Of a stretch of DNA of 64,000 bases, positions 1-9,714 are shown piece after piece. Position 1 is the first letter of the stretch, and every line of letters starts with the position of its first letter. The stretch is from a virus, in IMG/VR virus record IMGVR_UViG_3300037485_002668, positions 1 to 64,000 of that record; one strand, written 5' to 3'. A program made the position numbers and the translations under genes. Below the pieces are notes generated by a model. The model saw only the letters and a program-made list of their open reading frames with translations, did not search any database and was not told where the DNA came from.

Positions 1-77
1 ACAGAGTGTCAATTTTTTCGATTAAAGCCCGGTGTGGGGCTTTAGACATGGGACTCCTTGGTTAAAAATTTGCGGCC

Positions 78-209
78 TGTCCCGGTGCAGGACTCGAACC
101 TACCCTATCAGGTAAATCGTTTACTTGTGGCTGGCCGTGTCACAGCCCTTTGGACTCAAGTAATTGATTATAAGCCCTGACGCTCTGAGCCAACTAAGCT
201 AACCAGGAC
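78..209 (-). ncRNA. tRNA-like RNA with a ~60-nt extension in the anticodon arm
   Basis: Reverse complement reads GTCCTGGT-TA-GCTT-AGTTGGCTCA-GAGC-G-TCAGG-[~63 nt]-CCTGA-TAGG-GTAGG-TTCGAGT-CCTGC-ACCGGGAC. Acceptor, D and T arms are canonical. The anticodon loop is replaced by a long hairpin (TTACTTG/CAAGTAA, GGCTG/CAGCC). Confidence 0.75.
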
Positions 210-385
210 CGCCGCAAGTTCATTCATTATCGATCGAATTTACTTTTTTGATTATTGGATATAACGGGATCAGGTTAAGCAGGGCATCCCGCCTGGAATC
301 GAATTCATCGCCAAACAAGGTGATAAACCACCAGATAAGCTGACCCAAATAACCACAAACTATAAAAAAAATCAAAATTCCCATT

Positions 386-751
386 TTAATCTCCTGTTTT
401 TATTTTCCACCAGCTATACGGCGACTTGCACTTGCAGCCATTAAAAAATTCCTTACCGCAGGTCTGGCAAGTAGTATTATCATAAATACACGAAAATATA
501 TATTTTGGCGGCCTGGGGTTGGGAACAAAGTCTGGCAACTTTTCACCGCAGCCAGGACAATATTTGATATAGCTGCTGGGATATTGTTTCATCAGATCAA
601 CTAACGTATAGTCGGGCGTGGTACCGACAATAATCCAATTGGGTTTATGCTTTTGGAAATAATCCAATGAATCGACGGCCATATAATTATAATCGGGTCG
701 AATAAAAAACAAAGCATACGAACAGCAATTGGGATGCGAATGCGACGTCAT
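386..751 (-). CDS. Cys-rich hypothetical protein (Zn-binding, CPGC/CQTC)
   Basis: ORF track; CxxC pairs; tightly packed in the operon. Confidence 0.6.
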   Translation of the reverse strand: MTSHSHPNCCSYALFFIRPDYNYMAVDSLDYFQKHKPNWIIVGTTPDYTLVDLMKQYPSSYIKYCPGCGEKLPDFVPNPRPPKYIFSCIYDNTTCQTCGKEFFNGCKCKSPYSWWKIKTGD

Positions 752-1012
752 TTATTTCGCCTTTTCATAGGATTTGAAAAAAATATGGAAAATCCACGCC
801 AGACAAACGGATTGACCCCAGGTTAATTTGGCGGCCAGGACGCCGCTGGCAATTAAGCCAGGGAACGCGGCGGGGATGGCGACGGGCCAAAGAAAATAAA
901 GAACGGTGCCGCCAATAACGGCGCCGATAAAAATCAAAAGCGCCAGCCCGATAACGGGCAGAGCCTTTAATAAGAAATTGGCCAAAGCTTTAAAAATTTT
1001 TTTGACAATCAT
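752..1012 (-). CDS. small membrane protein
   Basis: Long hydrophobic segments; coupled to neighbouring ORFs. Confidence 0.6.
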   Translation of the reverse strand: MIVKKIFKALANFLLKALPVIGLALLIFIGAVIGGTVLYFLWPVAIPAAFPGLIASGVLAAKLTWGQSVCLAWIFHIFFKSYEKAK

Positions 1013-1263
1013 TATTTTGATACCTCGCTTATTTTTGGTAGTTTGTAATAGTGATGTCCATCCCAGCCATTTAAAAAAGTATCAACCCGGATTAATCGTT
1101 TTTCCTCGCAAAGTTGATATATAGCAATGTAAGTAACATCAATGGCCAATCTGAAATGGAAAATAATATCTTGGGCGTTCAAACGATTTTTATCCTGATA
1201 ATCTTTGACGTAACTCAGGATTGCCTGTTTCAGCCATTCGTTATCTTCCATGGGTACCTCCAT
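1012..1263 (-). CDS. hypothetical protein, possible winged helix
   Basis: ORF directly downstream of the promoter at 1276-1304. Confidence 0.5.
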   Translation of the reverse strand: MEVPMEDNEWLKQAILSYVKDYQDKNRLNAQDIIFHFRLAIDVTYIAIYQLCEEKRLIRVDTFLNGWDGHHYYKLPKISEVSK

Positions 1264-1275
1264 TTTAGAATATCA

Positions 1276-1304
1276 AATATATAAAAATTTTTGCAATAAG
1301 TCAA
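1276..1304 (-). promoter_or_regulatory. sigma70-type promoter TTGACT-N17-TATATT
   Basis: Exact -35/17 nt/-10 match; the same consensus occurs 9 times in the window. Confidence 0.75.
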
Positions 1305-1322
1305 GTTAATTTTTGAAAATTT

Positions 1323-2600
1323 TTAAAATTCATAGCTTAGTGACAGCGTACCGGGCGGCGGCGGGTCGGGGTCGATAGCCTCGAAATAGTTATAGGCGCG
1401 GTGGTAATGGAAATCCAAATCGCCAATGGCGCCATTGCGCTGTTTGGTGCAAAGCAATTGCCAGAAGGTTTCGGCAACGTCCGGGACGCCCGACTGAAAC
1501 GGAGCGTAGGTGAAAAAAACCATGTCGGCATCCTGTTCAATGCTGCCCGAATCCCGAAGGTCGGACAGTTGCGGGCGTTTCAATTGACGGGTTTCGACCT
1601 GACGGCTTAGTTGCGACAATACAATCACGGGAATTTTACATAACAACGCTGTGGATTTCAGCGTTTTGGAAATGTTCCCAACCCGAACGTTTTGATTTTC
1701 GCCTTCGCCGTCCAGGAGCGTCAGATAATCGATAATGACCAGATCAATGCCGTACATTTTGACCAGGGAATTGATTTTTTGTTTCAGCAAAAAAAGATTA
1801 TGTTTGGGGCAGTCGTCAAACCAGATATCCAAATTATGCAATTTTTCGCAGCCGTGGTGGAACCCTTCGTATCCGTGCAGGCGGCCATCAAAGGCTTCAC
1901 TTTTTGCCAGGCGGTCCAGCAGGTACTGAGCACGCATTTCAAGGGAAATAAATAGAATTTTGTGCTGCAAGCGAGCGCATTCCTTGGCCAGCGCCAGTGA
2001 AAAAGCGGTCTTGCCCGTGCTGGGGCGGCCGGCTAAAATAATCAAGTCGCCACATTGCGCCTTGACCAATTGATTAAACTGACGCCAGGGGGTGCGCAGG
2101 ACACTGGAATTTATCTGCCGAAAAATTTCGGGATTATCGAAACGGGTGATTAGCTCATTCAGGCTGACCACGGGTTCGTCAAGTAAAAGACTTTCGACCG
2201 AATCCACGGTGGCGTAAACGCGTTTGATAATCTGGTCAAACGCAATTTTTTTGCCAATATTTTGCTGAATAAAAGTCGCCAGTTCAAACAGCTTGCGGCG
2301 GTCGGTCCATTCCTTCAGGCGCGTGATCACCAGATTAAACTTTTCGACCGTGAACTTGAATTCAATCATTTTTTTTTGCAGCGATTGGTACACGGCAGGC
2401 GGTACCATAAATTCAAACGCGCGCAAATCGATTAAACCAGCTTCAGAAAACTGTTTAAAGGCGGCCTTAAAAATCAGGCTGGTTTCGGGCAGAGAATAGG
2501 AATCGCTGTCAACGTTCGTAAAAAAATAAACCGATTGACCAGGGTATTGAAACAACATTGCCAATGACGCCCACTCTGCTTTGTCAGAAACGGGAAGCAT
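1323..2600 (-). CDS. dnaB: replicative DNA helicase, DnaB family
   Basis: Walker A GRPSTGKT, ISLEM, IIDYL, LSQLSR, LRDSGSIEQDAD, KQRNG. Confidence 0.95.
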   Translation of the reverse strand: MLPVSDKAEWASLAMLFQYPGQSVYFFTNVDSDSYSLPETSLIFKAAFKQFSEAGLIDLRAFEFMVPPAVYQSLQKKMIEFKFTVEKFNLVITRLKEWTDRRKLFELATFIQQNIGKKIAFDQIIKRVYATVDSVESLLLDEPVVSLNELITRFDNPEIFRQINSSVLRTPWRQFNQLVKAQCGDLIILAGRPSTGKTAFSLALAKECARLQHKILFISLEMRAQYLLDRLAKSEAFDGRLHGYEGFHHGCEKLHNLDIWFDDCPKHNLFLLKQKINSLVKMYGIDLVIIDYLTLLDGEGENQNVRVGNISKTLKSTALLCKIPVIVLSQLSRQVETRQLKRPQLSDLRDSGSIEQDADMVFFTYAPFQSGVPDVAETFWQLLCTKQRNGAIGDLDFHYHRAYNYFEAIDPDPPPPGTLSLSYEF

Positions 2601-3718
2601 TAATCATTATCATCAAATAAAGTGTCTTTAGCACGGCGATTATTTTTGTGATTTAAGTATTCTGAACGCAATTGGTAAAGCCAGGGAACTTCAGTGCCGC
2701 GTTTATTTTCCCGAAATTTGGCGGGTGACTGAATAACGTTTTGAATGTAAAAAGGTTTTGTTTTATGAATGAATTCAATGACTTCTTTGGTGGCCTGCGC
2801 AAACCTGGGAATGGCTTGATCCTGGTAACTGGTTTTAAAGGAATCGGGCATGTCCAGCCTTAAAATATCAATAAAGTGTCGGCGCCAGTCTTCGTGAAAA
2901 GCTTCATTTTGTTTTTTGATACGACTGAAAACGATATAATTTTGGTCAGCCATAGCGGATTCAAATTGTTTGGCTAATGAATCGCCGAATTGCCAGTAGG
3001 GGGAACTGGGTTGGTAGTGATTCGGCAACGCGTCACCTGATTTGGAATACAGGTACTGGCATTTTTGACAGATCAAATATTTGCCATTGAGGGGGGTCAG
3101 GGGGGTCTGGCAAATCGTGCAAATTTTGGTGGTTGATTTGGGTGATTTTGAATGGGAGGAAATATTATTATCTTTTAAATAAACTGAGGTATTATCTGAG
3201 GTATTATCTGTATATGTATTATCTGTTAAAGAATCGGTATTTTTGGCCGACTCGTTGGGGTTAAAATGGCCGAATGCTTCCGGATTTTTTGGCCGTAACG
3301 TTTCGTCATTTTTGGCCGAAACGGAAGCGTCATTTTGGCCGTTTGGATTTTCGGGATAGGTAGATTCAAGAAAAGCGGCAAATTGTTCAATGAATTTATC
3401 AAACAGGAATCGATAATGCACGGTCGGGTTGCCATTGGCTTTTTTGATTTTCGTTTCCAGGAAACCCATTTTTTTCATTTTAACCGTAATTCGGCGAATA
3501 GTACGTTCAGGCGCGTGGGTTTCTTTGAACCAGTCTTTATAGCTTTTGTAGAACCAGCCTGATTGATTTTTATCACTCCAGAAAATGATTTGATTTAGCA
3601 GCGCGCCGGCGGTGTGGGACCCGTCCATGAATTCGATATACGGAATCGGGGTGACAATGACGTTTTCGCGGCCAGCCATAGACAGGTAGGCGCGTTTGAT
3701 GTTTTCGTAATTACTCAT
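2600..3718 (-). CDS. phage replication initiator protein
   Basis: N-terminal wHTH-type region (LLNQIIFWS...WFYKSYKDW...PTVHYR); internal repeats; directly upstream of DnaB. Confidence 0.8.
   Translation of the reverse strand: MSNYENIKRAYLSMAGRENVIVTPIPYIEFMDGSHTAGALLNQIIFWSDKNQSGWFYKSYKDWFKETHAPERTIRRITVKMKKMGFLETKIKKANGNPTVHYRFLFDKFIEQFAAFLESTYPENPNGQNDASVSAKNDETLRPKNPEAFGHFNPNESAKNTDSLTDNTYTDNTSDNTSVYLKDNNISSHSKSPKSTTKICTICQTPLTPLNGKYLICQKCQYLYSKSGDALPNHYQPSSPYWQFGDSLAKQFESAMADQNYIVFSRIKKQNEAFHEDWRRHFIDILRLDMPDSFKTSYQDQAIPRFAQATKEVIEFIHKTKPFYIQNVIQSPAKFRENKRGTEVPWLYQLRSEYLNHKNNRRAKDTLFDDND
3190..3345. repeat. iteron-like repeats, putative replication origin inside the initiator gene
   Basis: Four to five copies of (t)tttggccg at about 3241, 3266, 3287, 3310 and 3333, plus three copies of tattatctg at 3190-3224. 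The arrangement resembles the lambda ori inside gene O. Confidence 0.65.
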
Positions 3719-3889
3719 TCAAGCTCCTGATTAAAAAATTTGGGGATCGATAGCATGGTGAAAGTATAACTTTTAGACCTAAAAATATTGGAACCAGATT
3801 ATATTGACAGGTAGATTCAAGGGGGAAGTATTTTTAGCATAGTGAACTCCTTTTCGTAAAAAGTAAATTCAAAACTGGGGTAAAAATAT

Positions 3890-3918
3890 AATATACGGGA
3901 TAAAAAAATGAAAGTCAA
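3890..3918 (-). promoter_or_regulatory. sigma70-type promoter TTGACT-N17-TATATT
   Basis: Exact consensus upstream of the replication genes. Confidence 0.75.
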
Positions 3919-3995
3919 GTGTGTATTTTTGCTACACTTTTAGCGCAATTATACACACTTGACAGTTTAAAATTACGAGTCTACGTAATTTAGGT

Positions 3996-4229
3996 TTAAG
4001 ACCAATCGCCAATGACGTTTGATGGGAGGTTTTTTATAACCACGCCCATTTTTTCGTGTTCGATAGCGGCGGTTACCAGATGTGACTTGGCTGCACAGCG
4101 TAAAATAAAATCATCGTTTACTTTTACGTAACGATTATGGTCATTGCAAAGCAATTTAGCGCCGAGGCCAAGCGACTGAACCAGGCAATCAAGCTTTTGC
4201 GGATGATTGGTTTTTACCAGAACGTCCAT
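3996..4229 (-). CDS. hypothetical protein
   Basis: ORF with GGAG RBS. Confidence 0.55.
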   Translation of the reverse strand: MDVLVKTNHPQKLDCLVQSLGLGAKLLCNDHNRYVKVNDDFILRCAAKSHLVTAAIEHEKMGVVIKNLPSNVIGDWS

Positions 4230-4240
4230 AGAAACTCCGT

Positions 4241-4858
4241 TTAGAAAAAATTGTTAAATTGATAAATTCTGAATTCCCCGTGGTCAAAGCGCGGGGTTTC
4301 CAATAACTGATTTAAGGTAATATCGTAAAAAGGAATTTGTTTTTCAAAATAGACGGATACCAAGCGCAGCAGGAATCCGTGCGTAACGCAAAGGTGGGTT
4401 TCAGATTCAAAATGTTGTAAATGAATCAGTAGGCGGCGGAATCTTTGGATTGAATAGCCAAGCGATTCGCCATTACTAAGGGGAAAGGGTGCATGATCAT
4501 AATTAACCCAACTGGCGATAAGAGATTGACGAATGGCATCGCCAAAACCGTTTTTTTCGGCATAAATTTTTTCGGAAATTACGGTGGGGTCAAACTTTAC
4601 TTCCGCCAGTTCCTTGCGGATAAAGCAAGGGCGCTGGAGGTTCGCGACCAGGTGGGCGGTTTCCAGTGCACGGCGCGCCGGGGAACACCATATTTTATCA
4701 ATTGGCAGGTGGATTAATTCGGCTGGGGATGGCCAGCCGGGCAAAATCGGGGGGTCGTTTTTTTTTGACAGCGTTTCCATGAAAGTTTGATAGGGAACGT
4801 TTTTAAAATTATTTCGACTGACTTTGGTCGGGGCATGGCGCATAAAGATAATTTTCAT
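4241..4858 (-). CDS. histidine phosphatase superfamily protein
   Basis: N-terminal RHA, SPARRALET, LAEVKF, GES, VTHG motifs. Confidence 0.85.
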   Translation of the reverse strand: MKIIFMRHAPTKVSRNNFKNVPYQTFMETLSKKNDPPILPGWPSPAELIHLPIDKIWCSPARRALETAHLVANLQRPCFIRKELAEVKFDPTVISEKIYAEKNGFGDAIRQSLIASWVNYDHAPFPLSNGESLGYSIQRFRRLLIHLQHFESETHLCVTHGFLLRLVSVYFEKQIPFYDITLNQLLETPRFDHGEFRIYQFNNFF

Positions 4859-4889
4859 GGTAGATCCTTTTCGAAAATAGAAAAAAATA

Positions 4890-4964
4890 TAGCGGGGGAG
4901 GGATTTGAACCCCCAAGTACGGGTTTATGAGACCCGCTGAGTTGCCAGTTACTCGCACCCCGCG
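4890..4964 (-). tRNA. tRNA-Met (CAT), initiator-like 1:72 mismatch
   Basis: CGCGGGG...CGGGT-CTCATAA-ACCCG...GGGGG-TTCAAAT-CCCTC-CCCCGCT-A cloverleaf. Confidence 0.85.
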
Positions 4965-5003
4965 ATTTTAGGAAATGAATTTTTTTTTGGGTTGTAAGTC
5001 CTT

Positions 5004-5318
5004 TTACAAGATTGATTCCTTCGTCACCAGGACGTCGTGGTTGGTGAAATCCAGGTGAATGATGCCGTCATCGGTTTGCAGGTTAATGACGGGCGACAGG
5101 TTGTTTTGGGTTTTAATTTTGCTCAATAAAATTTTTAACCTTTTAACCTGTTCTTGTTTAATTTTCCAGGTTTCAGAAAGTTCCGACATTTCGGCAACAA
5201 TCTGAAAATACGCCGCCAGGACTTTCAAAAGCATGGGCTTTTGGTGGTCGGGTTTGAAGGCGGCGGAGGCGCCGTTGGCAGCGAAGTCAAGGATTTTGGT
5301 TAAGTCGTCTGGGGTCAT
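5004..5318 (-). CDS. hypothetical protein
   Basis: ATGA overlap with the upstream gene. Confidence 0.55.
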   Translation of the reverse strand: MTPDDLTKILDFAANGASAAFKPDHQKPMLLKVLAAYFQIVAEMSELSETWKIKQEQVKRLKILLSKIKTQNNLSPVINLQTDDGIIHLDFTNHDVLVTKESIL

Positions 5319-6493
5319 GATACTTGCACAATCGATTTAGCTTCGGGTCCATAACTGAAATAGATTGAAAGATTTTCAAAATATTTTTGAAACAAAGCTT
5401 TAAATTGTTCTGGCGAAATACTTTTTAATCTATCATATTCAATTACATAAACCTGGTCATGATCAATTTGGTCCATGCAGGTCACAACCAGGTTCAGGTT
5501 CAATTTTATAGAGCATGGCTTGATTGAGACCAAATCCTGGTCGATTAAATTTAACATAAAATTCAGATTTAGTGGAGCAAATCTGAATTCGCACTGGAAC
5601 GGATTGTAAACGTTGGTAGTTTCAATGGCGTTCGGGTATAATTTAGTTTCAGGGTTGGGCATGGGCCCCGCTCCGTGCCGGGTTAAATAGCTTCGGGTGA
5701 CATAGTAAACGTTTAGTTCCCTAATAGATGGAACTGAACGGCACAAATTGATAATATTTTTTAATCCCGTATTGGATGGCGTAACATACGGGAATGTTCC
5801 GAACGCTTGGTCTAAGCCCAATCCTTGCGCACCTTCGAAAATTAAGTGATTATAATTCAGAAAATACAGCGGCTGGGTATTGACCATAAAATAAGTCAGG
5901 TCATTTAAATATTGAATAATAATCTGGTCATGATGCTGCCAGAAATCAGATTCATAAAATTGGGTTTTTAGCTTTAATTGATTTAGCCGTTGCGGAACAT
6001 ATTCGGTTTTTATTTTAGCTAATAACCGTTTGGCGATATCCACCTGCGCAATTGAAAATTTGAATGGTTCCAATTTGTTACGTTTAATTGTTTCCCATAG
6101 GCCAATACCACAACTGCCATGTTTTTTACGCCGTTTTTGTTCAATCAATTGGTTTATAACAACGTCATAAGGCGTGGTAACAATCGCGCGTTTATCATAA
6201 AACATGGGGGGTAAACAATTAAAATTTCCAATAAACGAAGAAAATTCGTTTTTAAAAGTCATTGGATTGCAAACGAAATATTTACTTAAATACGTGCTTG
6301 CTTCAGCCAGTGCGCCAGCCCCAATGTGCCCGAATACGTGACGTTTATTTCCGTCAACCACGGTATGCGAACACTGAGCGCCGCCATTATAGCGGATTAC
6401 CAAAGAATGTTCATATTTTCGGGCAAGCCAGTCGGTAACCAAGCCTTTTCCCTCGTCACCGAAACCAGCGCCAATCACGGTAGAAGCAAGCAT
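5315..6493 (-). CDS. purA: adenylosuccinate synthetase-like protein (PurA family)
   Basis: GFGDEGKG, RYNGGAQCSHTV, HGSCGIG, FEGAQGLGLD, FPYVTPSNT, YLTRHGAGP. Confidence 0.85.
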   Translation of the reverse strand: MLASTVIGAGFGDEGKGLVTDWLARKYEHSLVIRYNGGAQCSHTVVDGNKRHVFGHIGAGALAEASTYLSKYFVCNPMTFKNEFSSFIGNFNCLPPMFYDKRAIVTTPYDVVINQLIEQKRRKKHGSCGIGLWETIKRNKLEPFKFSIAQVDIAKRLLAKIKTEYVPQRLNQLKLKTQFYESDFWQHHDQIIIQYLNDLTYFMVNTQPLYFLNYNHLIFEGAQGLGLDQAFGTFPYVTPSNTGLKNIINLCRSVPSIRELNVYYVTRSYLTRHGAGPMPNPETKLYPNAIETTNVYNPFQCEFRFAPLNLNFMLNLIDQDLVSIKPCSIKLNLNLVVTCMDQIDHDQVYVIEYDRLKSISPEQFKALFQKYFENLSIYFSYGPEAKSIVQVS

Positions 6494-6507
6494 TTTGTTA
6501 AATTCCT

Positions 6508-7425
6508 TTATTTGAAAATAACAATCCCTGGGGTTGCCTGGGATTTATGGGTTAAGTCTTTAACGGCATTGCGAATGGTTACGGAAGTCGAACCATCCCA
6601 GCTATTTAAAACCGATTCTTTTTCACGGCCTTCATTAATTTCAATGGCCGAAATAATCAGTTCGCTTAATTTGGTATAATCTGAAAGCGATAACACCGAT
6701 TGACCTAAAACAGAAGACCACGATTTTTGAACATTTTTTAAATATCTCGAAGCGTAATTTCCCTGTTCAATAATAACGTGGTAAACATTGAAACGTTTTG
6801 AAACCATGGCAAACAGGTCATTGGCTGAAAGGTCGCTTTGCGGTTTGTCGCTGGTAAATTGTTTGATTTTTTCAGCGTATAACGTTGGATTCAACTCTTC
6901 ATCGCCAATGGTAAACAGATAGCCCTTTTTTTGGCGTTTTTCAAAACAATCCAACTGCGTGTGAAGCGCAGCAAAGTACCAGGCGAAAGTATAACTTTCA
7001 TGGTCATTACCGCCGCCATTCCCTTCCAGGAAAAAGTCGGTAAGCTGGGAAGCAATTTTTAAATCCGCCTCAAATTGACTTACCTGGAGCGGCACTTTAT
7101 CACATTCGGAATCCCCAATTGCCATGGTCAGGATATGGGGATCAGGGACGGATTTACGGGTAAAGACTTCACGCATAACATTACCGAGGCCTTCCCGAAC
7201 GAAAAAATCGGAAATTTGTCCCATGGAACCGGTAACGTCAAAGGCTAAAATGATTGCAGTTGAGTTTGGATTTGATACTGAATCACGGGATTCACGATAG
7301 TTAATGGCTTTTGGATCCAGATGTGCTTTTAAATCTACGCTTGAAAAAAGCTCATCTTTGGTTTTGGTTTTGGTGGTACTGGAATATGATTTCCAGTCGG
7401 TCGGCGACCAACGGGTATTTCCCAT
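6508..7425 (-). CDS. vWA-domain protein
   Basis: MIDAS-like DVTGSM, GGGNDHESY, IGDE. Confidence 0.8.
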   Translation of the reverse strand: MGNTRWSPTDWKSYSSTTKTKTKDELFSSVDLKAHLDPKAINYRESRDSVSNPNSTAIILAFDVTGSMGQISDFFVREGLGNVMREVFTRKSVPDPHILTMAIGDSECDKVPLQVSQFEADLKIASQLTDFFLEGNGGGNDHESYTFAWYFAALHTQLDCFEKRQKKGYLFTIGDEELNPTLYAEKIKQFTSDKPQSDLSANDLFAMVSKRFNVYHVIIEQGNYASRYLKNVQKSWSSVLGQSVLSLSDYTKLSELIISAIEINEGREKESVLNSWDGSTSVTIRNAVKDLTHKSQATPGIVIFK

Positions 7426-7437
7426 AATAATTTCCTT

Positions 7438-8400
7438 TCAATAAAATGGTTTAGGGATTGGGTCATTAAAAAATTCTTTTTTCCCCCATGTGTCAATGAT
7501 AACTTGGTCCCATTGCTGATATTCAGTAATCGCGTTTTGGGACGAAACGGAATTAAACCACAAGTGCAGTGGATTCGGTAACGTCTGATTGCCTGATAAT
7601 TCAAGTCCCAGGCGGCGAATTAGTTCCAGATCAATAAAATTTTGGGTTACTTTGGGATTAACGCGGGTTAACTCCAAAGTACGTTTTGGCAGCGCCAGAA
7701 TAGGTGCATCAAAATTACTGGCGAACCAAAAGCTGGTTAATACAACATAATGTTTTTCGGGACAGATAAAACAGTTTTCAAGCGAAATATCGTGATGTAC
7801 GATTTCATTATATTGTAAAAAACAGGCTAAATCATAAAGCGAACTGATAACCCAGGCGATAGTCCGAAAATTAACTTTATGATCCCAATGATTGAATGCG
7901 TCCGCCAGCAAAATAGTTTCGGGATCATAGGTGGTAACAACCAGGAGGCCATTTTCACAATTTTCGGCTTTAGTGATTTTGGACAGCCTGGAATCAAATT
8001 CCTGGCGCATAGCAGCATTTACGAATTTTAACGAATTCAATTTATCAATGGCGTTGGCAACCAATATTTTGAATTCAGTCTTGACAAAATAAATGACGTT
8101 GTTTTTGCAAATAAACATTTCCCCAAAATCCAGGACGTTTGTTTTTTGGGGATAAATGATCATTTTTTTACCCGAATCCAGTTTGAATGCCCTGGCGTTT
8201 TCAGGTAAATCCCAAAGTCCGCTGGCAATTAGTTGTTTGGCTTCATTATAAAGCGAATTGATGTGTAAAAATATACTATCATCAATACCGCCATTGGCAT
8301 CCGGGTGCCAAATTTTGCAAAGTTGCCGGTAGTTTTTTTCCAGGTCATTACCGAACAGGACTTTGGGATTTTGAATTTTTAGAATTTCGGCTGCGTTCAT
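7438..8400 (-). CDS. J-domain plus kinase-like fold protein
   Basis: YRQLCKIWHPD J-domain motif; VHHDISLENCFI resembles a kinase catalytic loop. Confidence 0.7.
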   Translation of the reverse strand: MNAAEILKIQNPKVLFGNDLEKNYRQLCKIWHPDANGGIDDSIFLHINSLYNEAKQLIASGLWDLPENARAFKLDSGKKMIIYPQKTNVLDFGEMFICKNNVIYFVKTEFKILVANAIDKLNSLKFVNAAMRQEFDSRLSKITKAENCENGLLVVTTYDPETILLADAFNHWDHKVNFRTIAWVISSLYDLACFLQYNEIVHHDISLENCFICPEKHYVVLTSFWFASNFDAPILALPKRTLELTRVNPKVTQNFIDLELIRRLGLELSGNQTLPNPLHLWFNSVSSQNAITEYQQWDQVIIDTWGKKEFFNDPIPKPFY

Positions 8401-9002
8401 AATGCGCGTTTTAGGATTAATTGTTTTTCAAGCCATTGAAGTGCAATGATGGTCTTGGCATCACAAATTTCGCCTTGTCGAGCCATATTAAGCGCTTCGG
8501 TTAATGAGAAGTTTTCAATTTTAATATCTTCGTTTTCAGTTACAACGCCGCCGCCATCGTTTTTTTTGTCTTTTAACGTAACGGGGGCTGCGTATAAATA
8601 AATATATTCTGAGCTGCCTCCGGGGGAAACGAAAAAGCTGGAAATATAATACAAGGCTCCGGTCAATTTAAATCCAGATTCTTCAAATACTTCTCGTTCA
8701 GCGCAATCAATAGGAAGTTCATTTTTTCCGACCATGCCGGCAATTGTTTCCAGTACCCATCCACGGTCATGATATGGGCGAGGATCAAATACATGCGCGG
8801 GATAGCGGAATTGTCGCGTTAGCCAGACCTGAGCGGGGTCAGATTGATAAAGCAATACGGCAACGCTGCTGCCACGTTCAAAACACAAGCGCTTGATTTC
8901 GGCGGACATTTGCCCGTTGAATTTTTCGTGTTTCAAAACGGCTTCGTCGATTTTGAAAAAGCCGTCGAACACGCGGGTATTTTTGATGATTTCGACTTTC
9001 AT
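8397..9002 (-). CDS. Nudix hydrolase, ADP-ribose pyrophosphatase (NudF/YffH-like)
   Basis: QFRYP; Nudix box AGMV...AEREVFEESG; SPGGSSE; ENEDI; DAKTIIALQW. Confidence 0.9.
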   Translation of the reverse strand: MKVEIIKNTRVFDGFFKIDEAVLKHEKFNGQMSAEIKRLCFERGSSVAVLLYQSDPAQVWLTRQFRYPAHVFDPRPYHDRGWVLETIAGMVGKNELPIDCAEREVFEESGFKLTGALYYISSFFVSPGGSSEYIYLYAAPVTLKDKKNDGGGVVTENEDIKIENFSLTEALNMARQGEICDAKTIIALQWLEKQLILKRAL

Positions 9003-9016
9003 GGTGATCTCCGTTT

Positions 9017-9229
9017 TTAAAAATATTGTCCAGGATGCGGACCGTAATGGTCAACTTCCGTCTGTAACAAATCGTTTAATTCTTTAGCTGAGGACAAGAC
9101 GCATTTGGTTAATTGGCCGTGGCTGTTTCTTATATACAAAAGGTCTTGAGATGCGAGTACCGTCGAAACTTGCGAAAGGTCAGTTTCGATTTCCTGGCCG
9201 TCGGTAGTGGTGATTTTAAAGTTAAGCAT
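9017..9229 (-). CDS. hypothetical protein
   Basis: ORF; start placed at MLNFKI after GGAG. Confidence 0.45.
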   Translation of the reverse strand: MLNFKITTTDGQEIETDLSQVSTVLASQDLLYIRNSHGQLTKCVLSSAKELNDLLQTEVDHYGPHPGQYF

Positions 9230-9359
9230 GGTTTGTGCTCCGAATAAAAGTTTTTTTGCCATTGCAGGGTGAAATGAAAAAAATCAGTCATTTCGTTTTG
9301 GTCGGCAAAGTCAATTGAATTTTGAACCACCAGCATAATCCCTCCGAAAACAAAGGTGG

Positions 9360-9710
9360 TTAATTGTATTTTAATTCTTTATAAATTGCGGCAATCAAGT
9401 GATAACGTTTTTGTTCATAATAATCTAATTCCACCCACGGTTTAATAAGGGGGCTGGTTTGTAATATAGGATTAAACACTTTGCTATAAGACCAGCCTTC
9501 ATTTTTAAAATGGTCAATCCAGACATCATAATGTGGTATCTGGTCGTACAAATGGAAAAAGGTCATTCCTAAAATATAAAATGATGATTCACCTGGATAT
9601 TTTGACCAGTCTATCTGTGAATAATCCTGGCAAAATGACCGATTGAAAGCGCGTACCGCCTCGTAACAGATACTGGCGATATAGATTAGTGATTGGGGAA
9701 TATCAGACAT
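9360..9710 (-). CDS. RyR-domain-like phage protein
   Basis: W..H...GWSY...SPLIKPWVELDYYEQK resembles the RyR repeat (HP.LVP...L...Q). Confidence 0.5.
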   Translation of the reverse strand: MSDIPQSLIYIASICYEAVRAFNRSFCQDYSQIDWSKYPGESSFYILGMTFFHLYDQIPHYDVWIDHFKNEGWSYSKVFNPILQTSPLIKPWVELDYYEQKRYHLIAAIYKELKYN

Positions 9711-9714
9711 TTGT

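Noticed and set aside
5315-6493. PurZ (2-aminoadenine DNA pathway)
   Set aside because: The motif is GDEGKG with the PurA Asp, not the Ser variant of PurZ. No dATPase, MazZ or DNA polymerase is seen in the window.
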